Below are positions 9,146 through 17,068 of a DNA stretch of 32,000 bases, piece by piece. Under the pieces are notes generated by a model that made no database searches, had not been told where the DNA came from, and worked only from the letters and a program-made list of their open reading frames with translations. Origin of the DNA: Erysipelothrix larvae (lineage in GTDB: Bacteria; Bacillota_I; Bacilli_A; Erysipelotrichales; Erysipelotrichaceae). The DNA lies in contig NZ_CP013213.1 of the NCBI RefSeq assembly GCF_001545095.1, forward strand, positions 2,250,001 through 2,282,000. The letters are read 5' to 3'. Position 1 is the first letter of the stretch. Each line of letters starts with the position of its first letter. The position numbers and the translations under genes were made by a program.

Positions 9146-9187
9146 CAAAAAGACACAAACCCAAAGCGTGGGACTTGTGTCTTTTTT
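9146..9187. terminator. Bidirectional terminator between permease and TetR gene
   Basis: AAAAAGACACAA...(CCCA/TGGG inner pairs)...TTGTGTCTTTTTT, flanked by an A-run and a T-run. The flanking genes are convergent. Confidence 0.7.
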
Positions 9188-9704
9188 AGTGTTCGAGGCG
9201 TTTAAAGATATCATTCAATGCTTTCGCAAAGTCTTCAACCGGTTCATCACAGTCTGTTTCAATCCAACGTAGAATCATGAACACAACCCCACCCGCTGCA
9301 AATCGAATGGAAAACTCATCAAGATGAGAGCCTTCTTGAACCCGACTCTCAATCTTGTCGTTCCATACCTTCCGAATGATTTGATTCACTTCATGGTTTA
9401 AATCTGACCTTAAAAGGCGCTTCAAAAACTGTGATTGGAGTTTTATCGCTTCAAGGACAAGTTCAATGCGTCTTACATCAGTCTCATTCTCAAGATGACT
9501 GCTTAATTCTTCATAAAAGGTATTCAATGAGTACATCAATAAGTCGTACTTATCTTGGAAGTGTTCGTAAAATGTTGACCTTCCGACATATGCTTGAGCA
9601 CAAATGTCATTGACACTGATCTGTGTAAAATGCTGTTTCTCCATGAGTTCATTTAACGCATTTCTTAATCGAAATTTTGATTTCGGTTCTTTTTTGTGTG
9701 TCAT
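9186..9704 (-). CDS. TetR/AcrR-family transcriptional regulator
   Basis: N-terminal HTH (FTQISVNDICAQAYVGRSTFYEHFQDKYDLL). Start set to M18 (MTHKKEP), where GGAG lies 6 nt upstream of ATG 9704. Confidence 0.85.
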   Translation of the reverse strand: MTHKKEPKSKFRLRNALNELMEKQHFTQISVNDICAQAYVGRSTFYEHFQDKYDLLMYSLNTFYEELSSHLENETDVRRIELVLEAIKLQSQFLKRLLRSDLNHEVNQIIRKVWNDKIESRVQEGSHLDEFSIRFAAGGVVFMILRWIETDCDEPVEDFAKALNDIFKRLEH

Positions 9705-9738
9705 AATGGTCTCCTTTTCAAGACAGATTCCTTTAATG

Positions 9739-9754
9739 TGTCCGATTTCGGACA
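9739..9754. promoter_or_regulatory. Candidate TetR operator in the divergent intergenic region
   Basis: TGTCCGA-TT-TCGGACA, 7-bp perfect inverted arms, 35 bp upstream of the TetR start and 70 bp upstream of the divergent small ORF. Confidence 0.5.
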
Positions 9755-9824
9755 ATCTCAGTTTTTTGATTCTTCATATTTTATCATATATGTTCCATAA
9801 TAGCATTGTAAAGAGGTGATTGTG

Positions 9825-10016
9825 ATGAAACAAGATATCGAAGCATTGATTTATGCTCACAAGGAAAAAATAGCGTCCCTGAAGCAAGAGCTTGGGAATA
9901 AAACATTAGAACTCAATAGTATCTATCAAAAGCATATCGATACACTCTTAAACGAGATTGAATCACTCACCAATATTAAGGAGGAACAAAACGATGAACA
10001 TCAAGAAGATTGTTAA
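9825..10016 (+). CDS. Small (63 aa) acidic coiled-coil hypothetical protein
   Basis: RBS AAGAGG 8 nt upstream of ATG 9825. Heptad-like sequence (IASLKQELGNKTLELNSIYQKHIDTLLNEIESL). Its 3' end overlaps the hdeD-like start by 23 nt. No homology recognised. Confidence 0.4.
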   Translation: MKQDIEALIYAHKEKIASLKQELGNKTLELNSIYQKHIDTLLNEIESLTNIKEEQNDEHQEDC

Positions 10017-10554
10017 GAACATTTGTATTACACGGATTATATTTGGAGCACTACTGGTGGTATTGGGGGTATATTCACTGATGAATCCTTCAACTGTCAT
10101 CAGCACCTTAGGCTTTGCCTTTGCGCTTTATGCCCTTATTTCGGGTATCATTGATATCGCAATGTACTTTGTATTTGATTCCAAATTCGGTTATGCACCA
10201 TCACTCAGTATGATTGGTGGTATTATAAGTATTGTTGCTGGGGTGATTATGTTTATGAATCCAACATCCACAGCATTCATGATTAGCCTACTTTTCCCAA
10301 TTTGGTTTATGTCAACCTGTATTTCTAAGATCACACAGCTCCCACTGATTCGTCATTACAGTGGCACTGCAAGTTACTGGTTCTCACTCATCGTATCAGC
10401 GCTAGGAATTGTACTATCAATTTACCTACTCTTCAACCCACTTACTTCACTACTCTATACCGTGAGTTTTGTAGCGGTTTACTTGTTATTCTATGGATTC
10501 GAAGTATTCATTGAAGGAATCTTAGGTCTCAATCGTTCAAAAGAAATTCTTTAA
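9994..10554 (+). CDS. HdeD/DUF308-family membrane protein
   Basis: Six TM helices with repeated DUF308-like pattern (GALLVVLGVYSLMNP..., GIISIVAGVIMFMNP..., LGIVLSIYLLFNP). RBS AAGGAGG 7 nt upstream of ATG 9994. Confidence 0.7.
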   Translation: MNIKKIVKNICITRIIFGALLVVLGVYSLMNPSTVISTLGFAFALYALISGIIDIAMYFVFDSKFGYAPSLSMIGGIISIVAGVIMFMNPTSTAFMISLLFPIWFMSTCISKITQLPLIRHYSGTASYWFSLIVSALGIVLSIYLLFNPLTSLLYTVSFVAVYLLFYGFEVFIEGILGLNRSKEIL

Positions 10555-11324
10555 TCATCATTGGCGATGTGCACTGCAAAACCAAGTGCTAATTCGCCAA
10601 TTTTGTGTTTTTCATCCAATTTCTCATTGTTTTCTAAACTTCGAATATCCCAGCACTCAGTATCCAAATTATCTGCAGAATAGAAAAAGTGTACGATATC
10701 AATGCCTCTAAATTGAGCCAATGCTGCGAGTGCTGAACATTCCATATCCACACAGATACAACCTGCGTCCTTGCGACGTTGCATCTTATTTCGTGTTTCA
10801 CGATAAAAAGCATCCGTCGTCCATACTTTCCCTATCGTATGGCTCACGTTGTGTGTATTTAGGTATTCAATCAATGAATCGAAATATCCAACATTCACTT
10901 CTATTTCTTCACTAGGTGGTGCATAATGAAAACTTGCACCTTCATCGCGAAGTGCATCGGTTGGAACGATAATTGAAGCATCTTCAATATGCTTATCAAG
11001 TACACCGCAGGTTCCGAAGATAATAAGCTTTTTCATCCCACAGGCAATCAAATAATCAAACATACTCACACACCCTGCAGCACCGACATAGGCGTTCACA
11101 AGTCCAATATCAACGCCTTCAAGGGTAATCTTATAGACTGGATTTTTTAAATTCGCAAAATCAATGGACTCAATGATTTCAGTGGTATGTTCTTCTTTGA
11201 GTCGATCAAAGGTTTCTTTCGCAAAGCATGATACCATAATTTCAGGGAACCCCTCAATCGGCTGTACTAAATCAGAAGGATTAATCACCGCTGATGGATC
11301 CGCATCAAACTCATATAATAACAT
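10551..11324 (-). CDS. Nucleoside phosphorylase family protein (PNP_UDP_1-like)
   Basis: GTCG, VDMECSA and FYRET motifs of the purine/uridine phosphorylase fold. Substrate not assignable. Confidence 0.6.
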   Translation of the reverse strand: MLLYEFDADPSAVINPSDLVQPIEGFPEIMVSCFAKETFDRLKEEHTTEIIESIDFANLKNPVYKITLEGVDIGLVNAYVGAAGCVSMFDYLIACGMKKLIIFGTCGVLDKHIEDASIIVPTDALRDEGASFHYAPPSEEIEVNVGYFDSLIEYLNTHNVSHTIGKVWTTDAFYRETRNKMQRRKDAGCICVDMECSALAALAQFRGIDIVHFFYSADNLDTECWDIRSLENNEKLDEKHKIGELALGFAVHIANDD

Positions 11325-11582
11325 TATTATTCTCCTTTTATTTTATTGATTAGAATTATATCACGAAGTTGTAAGCCGCGTCACATTCCTTTTTTCTTAT
11401 GGCGATATTATCCTTGCATGAAAATGATTTTATACAAAAATAGCCCTCATATCTCACCTACCTTCACCAAGGTAAGCGTTGTGTCTCATGATATAAAAAT
11501 ATTTTATATGATATTTTACTTTACGTAGCCTATGTATGGACATAAATTTTGCTTTGAATTAAAATGATATTGAGGTGGATTC

Positions 11583-12422
11583 ATGTCACAAATCATTTAT
11601 CGTGTTAAAAAAGTACTCAATAATAATGTAGTTCTCGCAACGCATGGCTTCAATGAAGTCATTGTTGTTGGATTGGGAATTGGTTTTGACGCGCGTCCGA
11701 TGAAAGCAGTCCCTCATCATAAAATAGAGAAAGTATTTGAATTACAACGTGAAGACCTTGTAAAGACAACACAACTCGCAATGGAAATCCCTGAAGCTGA
11801 CTTTCTCAATCTCTATCGTCTTATCAGCGCAACTGTAGAAGAAACTGGATTAGCACTTGACCCCCATGCATACATCACCATTGTCGACCACATTTATTTT
11901 GCACTCCAACGGATTAAAAGTGGGCAAGACATTCGAAATATGATGCTCTTCGATTTAAAAATTCTCTATGATGATGCCTATCAATTCAGTGCGAATCTCT
12001 TACGACGCATCAATGAAACATTCCATGTAACCTTACCTGAAGATGAAATTGGATTTCTAACAATGCACGTTGTGAATGGTTCAAACAGTGATATAAATAA
12101 CCAAACTTCACGGATGACGGATGCAATTTTTGATTGTTTAAACGTTGTCAGAGACTATTATTTAATTCCATTAAAGCTTGATCAGCTCCAAACACAACGA
12201 ATTATGATCCATATTAAAATGCTTCTGATTCGTGTTCTTGGAAGTAACCAAGTTGACGATTCTGAAAAAGTCCTATATAATGTGTTTGACGAGTTTGAAA
12301 GTGCATACACATGCGCGAAACAAATTCAGAAACTCGTAGAACATCGATTTGATGTGAAGATTAATACACAAGAATTAGTATATCTAACGATTCATCTCAA
12401 CAGACTTGAGCATAGCCGTTGA
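11583..12422 (+). CDS. BglG/LicT/SacY-family PRD transcription antiterminator
   Basis: CAT RNA-binding domain (VKKVLNNNVVLATHGFNEVIVVGLGIGF) followed by two PRDs with conserved His (IVDHIYFALQR, LTMHVVN, IMIHIKML, LTIHLNR). RBS GAGGTGG. Confidence 0.9.
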   Translation: MSQIIYRVKKVLNNNVVLATHGFNEVIVVGLGIGFDARPMKAVPHHKIEKVFELQREDLVKTTQLAMEIPEADFLNLYRLISATVEETGLALDPHAYITIVDHIYFALQRIKSGQDIRNMMLFDLKILYDDAYQFSANLLRRINETFHVTLPEDEIGFLTMHVVNGSNSDINNQTSRMTDAIFDCLNVVRDYYLIPLKLDQLQTQRIMIHIKMLLIRVLGSNQVDDSEKVLYNVFDEFESAYTCAKQIQKLVEHRFDVKINTQELVYLTIHLNRLEHSR

Positions 12423-12428
12423 TATCTT

Positions 12429-12458
12429 GGCTTGTAACCTATAAAATGGGCAAGACCT
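12429..12458 (+). promoter_or_regulatory. RAT (ribonucleic antiterminator) element
   Basis: GGCTTGTAACCTATAAAATGGGCAAGACCT closely matches B. subtilis sacB/bglP RATs (GGnTTGTTACTGnnAAAGCAGGCAAnACCT). Its 3' part is the 5' arm of the following terminator. Confidence 0.8.
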
Positions 12459-12505
12459 TCATTGTGTGCATTTTTGAGTGCACCTTGGAGGTCTTTTATT
12501 ATTTT
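12452..12505 (+). terminator. Conditional terminator overlapped by the RAT
   Basis: AAGACCTTCA (12452..12461) pairs with TGGAGGTCTT (12486..12495), with inner GTGCA/TGCAC pairs, followed by TTATTATTTT. The RBS of the PTS gene lies 30 nt further on. Confidence 0.75.
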
Positions 12506-12543
12506 CACAGCCATTTCGATCCCATGAAAGAGGAGGAAGAATT

Positions 12544-14016
12544 ATGGGGAAATATACAAATGATGCGACCAAGCTGCTTGAGTATCTTGGTGGTAAGGAT
12601 AATATATCCGCTGTGACACACTGTGTTACACGTTTACGGTTTGTATTGAAAGATCCAAAACAAACCAACATTGAATCAATTGAAGCACTGACTTCTGTAA
12701 AGGGGACATTTACGCAAGCAGGTCAGTATCAAGTGATTATTGGTAATGACGTTGGCAACTTCTACAATGACTTCGTCGCGATCTCTGGTGTTGAAGGCAC
12801 TTCAAAAGATAGCGTGAAAGAAATTGCGAAGGGAAATCAAAATGCACTGCAACGTTTAATGAGTAATCTTGCAGAAATCTTTTCACCATTAATCCCAGCA
12901 ATCATTGTTGGGGGGTTAATTCTTGGGTTTAGAAACATCCTTGAAGGGGTTCAAATTCAAGCGCTTGGACAAAAAATAATAGATGGTGTACTCCAGACAA
13001 CACAAAATGGCGCACCAATCTATAACACAATTGTAGATGTGAGCCAATTCTGGAGTGGGGTTAACCATTTCTTATGGCTGATCGGGGAAGCGATTTTCCA
13101 CTTCCTCCCTGTTGGAATTACATGGTCGATTACACGTAAAATGGGTACAACTCAAATTCTTGGGATTGTATTAGGGATTACGCTTGTTTCACCACAACTT
13201 CTTAATGCATACGCCGTTGCAGGAACTGCTGCAGCTGACATCCCACATTGGGACTTTGGGTTCGCAACCGTTAACATGATTGGGTATCAAGCCCAAGTAA
13301 TACCAGCGATGCTTGCAGGATTTACACTAGTTTATCTTGAACGATTCTTCAAGAAGATCATCCCAGATGCAATCTCAATGGTCTTTGTACCTTTATTTGC
13401 ACTCGTACCGACTGTTCTTGTAGCACACCTCATCTTAGGACCGATTGGATGGGTAATTGGGGACTGGATTTCTACTGTTGTTTATACAGGACTGACATCA
13501 CAATTTAGAACTGTATTCGCTGGACTCTTTGGTTTCTTCTATGCACCACTTGTCATCACAGGACTTCACCACATGACCAATGCCATCGACTTACAACTTG
13601 TATCTGACTTTGGTGGTACCTTATTATGGCCAATGATTGCTTTCAGTAATATTGCACAAGGGAGTGCTGTACTTGGTATCTGGTGGCTACACCGCGGTGA
13701 TAAGGAAGAAGAACAAGTTTCACTTCCTGCTATGATTTCATGTTACTTAGGTGTCACAGAACCTGCGATGTTTGGGATTAACTTAAAATACAACTATCCA
13801 TTCTTTGCAGCAATGATTGGTTCAGGTCTAGCAGGTATGGTATCAGTAGGCTTCGAACTGATGGCAAACTCAATTGGTGTTGGTGGTATCCCAGGATTCT
13901 TATCCTTCAACTTTAACCGCTGGCCACTCTTCTTTATCATTGCGATTGTCTTCTGTATCGTCATTCCATTCACACTCACTGTGCTTTATGGAAAACGTAA
14001 GGAAGCCAATGCTTAA
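12544..14016 (+). CDS. treB: PTS trehalose-specific EIIBC component (no EIIA domain)
   Basis: EIIB Cys motif (HCVTRLRF). Long collinear identity to my recollection of E. coli TreB (FLWLIGEAIF.FLPVGI.WS, GYQAQVIPA.LAG, YAPLVITG.H, SNIAQGSAV.GI, LGVTEPAM.GINLKY). RBS GAGGAGG before ATG 12544. Confidence 0.85.
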   Translation: MGKYTNDATKLLEYLGGKDNISAVTHCVTRLRFVLKDPKQTNIESIEALTSVKGTFTQAGQYQVIIGNDVGNFYNDFVAISGVEGTSKDSVKEIAKGNQNALQRLMSNLAEIFSPLIPAIIVGGLILGFRNILEGVQIQALGQKIIDGVLQTTQNGAPIYNTIVDVSQFWSGVNHFLWLIGEAIFHFLPVGITWSITRKMGTTQILGIVLGITLVSPQLLNAYAVAGTAAADIPHWDFGFATVNMIGYQAQVIPAMLAGFTLVYLERFFKKIIPDAISMVFVPLFALVPTVLVAHLILGPIGWVIGDWISTVVYTGLTSQFRTVFAGLFGFFYAPLVITGLHHMTNAIDLQLVSDFGGTLLWPMIAFSNIAQGSAVLGIWWLHRGDKEEEQVSLPAMISCYLGVTEPAMFGINLKYNYPFFAAMIGSGLAGMVSVGFELMANSIGVGGIPGFLSFNFNRWPLFFIIAIVFCIVIPFTLTVLYGKRKEANA

Positions 14017-15634
14017 TCGCTTCGTATATCAAATCTATCCAAAATCATTTAAGGATACCAATGATGATGGAATCGGTGATATCAAAGGGATTATTGAAAA
14101 ACTGGATTACCTCCAAGATTTAGGCATTAATATGATTTGGACGACACCAGTCTTTGTGTCGCCTCAAAATGATAATGGGTATGATGTTGCAGACTATCGC
14201 AACATCGACCCACTCTTTGGAACCATGGATGATGTTGATGTGTTAATTGAAGAAGCATCAAAACGTGGCATTGATATTATGTTTGACTTTGTACTGAATC
14301 ATACCTCAACAGCACATGAATGGTTTCAAAAAGCACTCAAAGGTGATAAAAAGTACATGGATTACTATTTCTTTAAAGAAAAGCCAACCAACTGGCAATC
14401 AAAATTTGGTGGAAGTGCATGGAAGTATGTAGAATCGCTCGATTTGTATTATCTTCACCTTTTTGACCCAACTCAGGCAGACTTAAACTGGGAAAACCCC
14501 GAGGTCTTTGAGGAGTTATGTGGGGTTGTGAACTTCTCGCTAGAAAAAGGGATCACAGGTTTACGCTTTGATGTCATCAATCTTGTATCCAAACCCGACG
14601 TATTCGAAGATGATGATGTTTGGGATGGCCGCCGTTTTTATACGGATGGACCGCGAGTACACGAACACCTTCATGCCCTCAATACACATACATTTGGAAC
14701 GTATGAAGACATCTTAACTGTAGGCGAACTTTCATCAACTACCATTGATCATGCGGTGAAATATGCAGATCCAACACGCCATGAATTGGGAACTGTGTTT
14801 GGCTTTCACCACTTAAAAGTGGATTACAAAAATAACCGGAAGTGGGAACTCAAAGACCCTGATTTTGTACAGTTTAAAACCTTATTGGCTGAATGGCAAC
14901 TTGAAATGCAAGCACACAATGCTTACATGGCACTGTTTTTAAACAATCATGACCAGCCACGTGCAAATTCACGTTTTGGTGATGATCTCAATTATCCATT
15001 TGAATCCGCAACCCTGTACTCAACGCTCATGTTTTTAATGCGTGGGATTCCTTATATTTATCAAGGTGAAGAAATTGGGCTTCCAAACGCCTATTTCAAC
15101 ACGATTGATGATTATCGTGATATCGAATCACTCAATATGTACCGCGAGTTGATTCAAACACAGGATGAAAAGACTGTGCTTGATATTCTCAACAAACGAT
15201 CCAGAGACAACGGACGCACACCAATGCCTTGGAATCATGATCAGTTCTATGGTTTCTCAACACAAAACCCTTGGCTTGGTTTCACTAAACATCCTCAACT
15301 GAAAACAGTTGAAGATAACTTAAAGGATCCTGCGTCAGTTTATCATTATATGAAGCGTTTAATTGCACTTCGTAAAAGCTCGCAAATACTCAAGGAAGGA
15401 TCGATTCATTTCAGTGAATTGAATCACCCAACGCGCTTTATCTATTCTCGAATGCTAAGTGATGAAACAATCGATGTCGTCGGTAATATGTCAAACACCA
15501 CCGACACACTCGATTTTGATGCAACAGATGCATCAATCATCCTCTCAAACACTGGGCGAACAGAACTTTCAAATACGCTTGTATTGCAGCCCTTTGAAGT
15601 TCTGGTTGTGCATAAAAAAAATGTGGCTCTATAA
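14009..15634 (+). CDS. treC: Trehalose-6-phosphate hydrolase (alpha,alpha-phosphotrehalase, GH13)
   Basis: YQIYPKSFKD..GDGIGD, VSPQNDNGYDVADY, FDFVLNHTS, GLRFDVINL, GRRFYTDGPRVHE, FHHLKVDY, NHDQPR and YQGEEIG are collinear with TreC. ATG 14009 overlaps the treB stop by 8 nt. The track start at 13874 lies inside treB. Confidence 0.9.
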   Translation: MLNRFVYQIYPKSFKDTNDDGIGDIKGIIEKLDYLQDLGINMIWTTPVFVSPQNDNGYDVADYRNIDPLFGTMDDVDVLIEEASKRGIDIMFDFVLNHTSTAHEWFQKALKGDKKYMDYYFFKEKPTNWQSKFGGSAWKYVESLDLYYLHLFDPTQADLNWENPEVFEELCGVVNFSLEKGITGLRFDVINLVSKPDVFEDDDVWDGRRFYTDGPRVHEHLHALNTHTFGTYEDILTVGELSSTTIDHAVKYADPTRHELGTVFGFHHLKVDYKNNRKWELKDPDFVQFKTLLAEWQLEMQAHNAYMALFLNNHDQPRANSRFGDDLNYPFESATLYSTLMFLMRGIPYIYQGEEIGLPNAYFNTIDDYRDIESLNMYRELIQTQDEKTVLDILNKRSRDNGRTPMPWNHDQFYGFSTQNPWLGFTKHPQLKTVEDNLKDPASVYHYMKRLIALRKSSQILKEGSIHFSELNHPTRFIYSRMLSDETIDVVGNMSNTTDTLDFDATDASIILSNTGRTELSNTLVLQPFEVLVVHKKNVAL

Positions 15635-15647
15635 GTCACATTTTTTT
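15613..15647. terminator. Bidirectional terminator shared by treC and the convergent GNAT gene
   Basis: AAAAAAAATGTG...CACATTTTTTT hairpin spanning both stop codons. The two genes overlap at 15629..15634. Confidence 0.6.
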
Positions 15648-16057
15648 GTCATGTAGTATTTGGTTGTGCCCTGTATTGGTGTATCTTCCAAGAACCCAAA
15701 CACCTCAAAACCACAGGATTCATAGAAACCCTTTGCTTGATAATCTTGTGTTGTGAGTGTAATGCGTGTGCATCCATGCGTTTTCGCATAAGATACTACA
15801 GATTCCATCAAACGTGACCCAATGTGTTTCCCACGATCACGTTCATCTACACCCAACAATTCAATATGAATCACTTCATCTGTTTGTTTGCAAAGGATTG
15901 CGCCAAGCATCCTGCCCTCATGATTAAAGGAATATCCAAATTCCACAACCTGAGTGAACCCAGGCCGACTGAGCGTGTCTTGATGTTTTTTTAATAAAGT
16001 ATTTAGAAAAATACGCGTCTTCTCGAGTTGGTCATTTTCAAGTTTCAATATCTCCAT
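15629..16057 (-). CDS. GNAT-family N-acetyltransferase
   Basis: Acetyl-CoA motif A (ELLGVDERDRGKHIGSRLME) and C-terminal FYESCGF. Confidence 0.8.
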   Translation of the reverse strand: MEILKLENDQLEKTRIFLNTLLKKHQDTLSRPGFTQVVEFGYSFNHEGRMLGAILCKQTDEVIHIELLGVDERDRGKHIGSRLMESVVSYAKTHGCTRITLTTQDYQAKGFYESCGFEVFGFLEDTPIQGTTKYYMTKKCDL

Positions 16058-16165
16058 AACGCCTCCATTTTTTTGATATTATATCATAAATACCAATAAG
16101 AATTTTTTACTTCTATTCTCCATAAAAAAAACGTATACTAGACTTAAAGATTGTGAGGGACGATT

Positions 16166-16660
16166 ATGATATTTAGAAAAGCAGTGATTGAAGATGTTTT
16201 CGAAATCGACAAAATCATTGAAGATGCAAAATTGCGGTTAAAGGAAATGGGAATCGACCAGTGGCAAAATGGCTATCCTAACAGGGAATCAACAGTGTCT
16301 GACATTAGTAATGAGACCTTGTATGTCTTATGCGATGATCATCATATTGTCGCGATCACAACAGTGATCAAGACTTTAGAACCTTGTTATAGGTCAATTG
16401 ATGGGGCATGGGGTAGTGAGGGTGACTATCTTACCTTGCACCGCGTCGCTACTGCCCAAAATCGTGTAAATAACGGTGTTGGCACACATTTGTTTGAAGC
16501 AATTCAATCCCTTTACCCAAATACCACCATCCGAATTGATACACATCGTGAGAACCTTCCAATGAAGCGCCTTCTTGAGAAATGTGGTTTTGTATACCGC
16601 GGTATTATTTTACTTGAAGATGGGGCACCTCGGGATGCCTTCGATTGGATTCCCCACTAA
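16166..16660 (+). CDS. GNAT-family N-acetyltransferase
   Basis: LHRVATAQNRVNNGVGTHLFE (motif A-like) and LEKCGFVYRG. RBS GAGGGA. Confidence 0.75.
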   Translation: MIFRKAVIEDVFEIDKIIEDAKLRLKEMGIDQWQNGYPNRESTVSDISNETLYVLCDDHHIVAITTVIKTLEPCYRSIDGAWGSEGDYLTLHRVATAQNRVNNGVGTHLFEAIQSLYPNTTIRIDTHRENLPMKRLLEKCGFVYRGIILLEDGAPRDAFDWIPH

Positions 16661-16666
16661 ATAGAC

Positions 16667-16704
16667 AAAGCGTCGGTTCATCACTGTGAACCAACGCTTT
16701 TTTT
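16667..16704 (+). terminator. Terminator of the plus-strand GNAT gene
   Basis: AAAGCGTCGGTTCA / TGAACCAACGCTTT 14-bp stem (one mismatch), 6-nt loop, then TTTT. Confidence 0.8.
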
Positions 16705-16705
16705 A

Positions 16706-16752
16706 TAAACAAAAAGCTGCATTAATGAGCTCTACCAATACTCATGTGCAGC
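16706..16752 (-). terminator. Minus-strand rho-independent terminator
   Basis: Minus strand: GCTGCAcATGAG-(loop)-CTCATtaaTGCAGC followed by TTTTTGTTTAT. On the plus strand the same hairpin lacks a T-run, so it is oriented for a minus-strand transcript. Confidence 0.65.
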
Positions 16753-16836
16753 CTTTGCGAGTCAATCAGTCACATACCCCCACCTTGTATGTGATGATTA
16801 TGTTGAGATAGTACCGATCGAAGTACTATTCCCCCC
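16711..16836 (-). ncRNA. Hypothetical ~125-nt small transcript (candidate LytTR-dependent sRNA); unverified
   Basis: Bounded by a -35-less promoter (-10 TATTAT 16848..16843) and the minus-strand terminator. Contains hairpins at 16829..16808 and 16794..16770 and two G-rich SD-like tracts. No ORF longer than 3 codons follows the SD-like motif. Confidence 0.3.
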
Positions 16837-16876
16837 ACTAACATAATAGGACTTATCATTAAATTTTTTTATTGCA

Positions 16877-16906
16877 CTGTTAATTATACATGTTTCTCTG
16901 TGAATT
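16877..16906. promoter_or_regulatory. Pair of 9-bp direct repeats with 21-bp phasing (LytTR-box-like)
   Basis: CTGTTAATT (16877..16885) and CTGTGAATT (16898..16906), 8/9 identical, with a 12-bp spacer. This is the architecture of AgrA/ComE/PlnC-type sites (e.g. TACGTTAAT-N12-TACGTTAAT). Confidence 0.4.
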
Positions 16907-17068
16907 CTGCACGCACACCCCAAAATTATGCATGCGAATCGTGATATTTTGACTCATTATTGACCCGATTTTGATGATTTTAGTCATTTATAATACATTT
17001 TTTTGATTCTTGAGATTGTTTTACAATACACACAGCATCCATTTCCTAATGATTCAGATATTTAATCC

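Noticed and set aside
11367-11440. cre-like sequences (TGTAAGCCGCGTCACA, TGAAAATGATTTTA) upstream of the antiterminator gene
   Set aside because: The first has incorrect spacing relative to the 14-bp cre consensus. The second lacks the central CG. No confident CcpA site.
11346-11528. A 60-aa plus-strand ORF between the nucleoside phosphorylase and the antiterminator
   Set aside because: No RBS, low-complexity composition, and it lies in the divergent promoter region.
12419-12671. ORFs 12419..12616 (+) and 12459..12671 (-), and the 12478 N-terminal extension of treB
   Set aside because: They run across the RAT/terminator leader. The true treB start (12544) has a strong RBS and aligns with the TreB N-terminus.
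16725-16811. A 28-codon plus-strand ORF (MSSTNTHVQPLRVNQSHTPTLYVMIMLR) in the orphan region
   Set aside because: The start codon lies inside the terminator hairpin, there is no RBS, and the ORF runs through two stable hairpins.
16880-16987. A 35-codon minus-strand ORF (MTKIIKIGSIMSQNITIRMHNFGVCVQNSQRNMYN) just downstream of the kinase, considered as an autoinducing-peptide precursor
   Set aside because: It has no Shine-Dalgarno sequence and no Gly-Gly leader. It lacks the AgrD-like amphipathic N-terminus and acidic C-terminus, and no AgrB or C39 exporter is nearby. Its 3' end overlaps the direct repeats. Most likely a chance ORF in AT-rich DNA.
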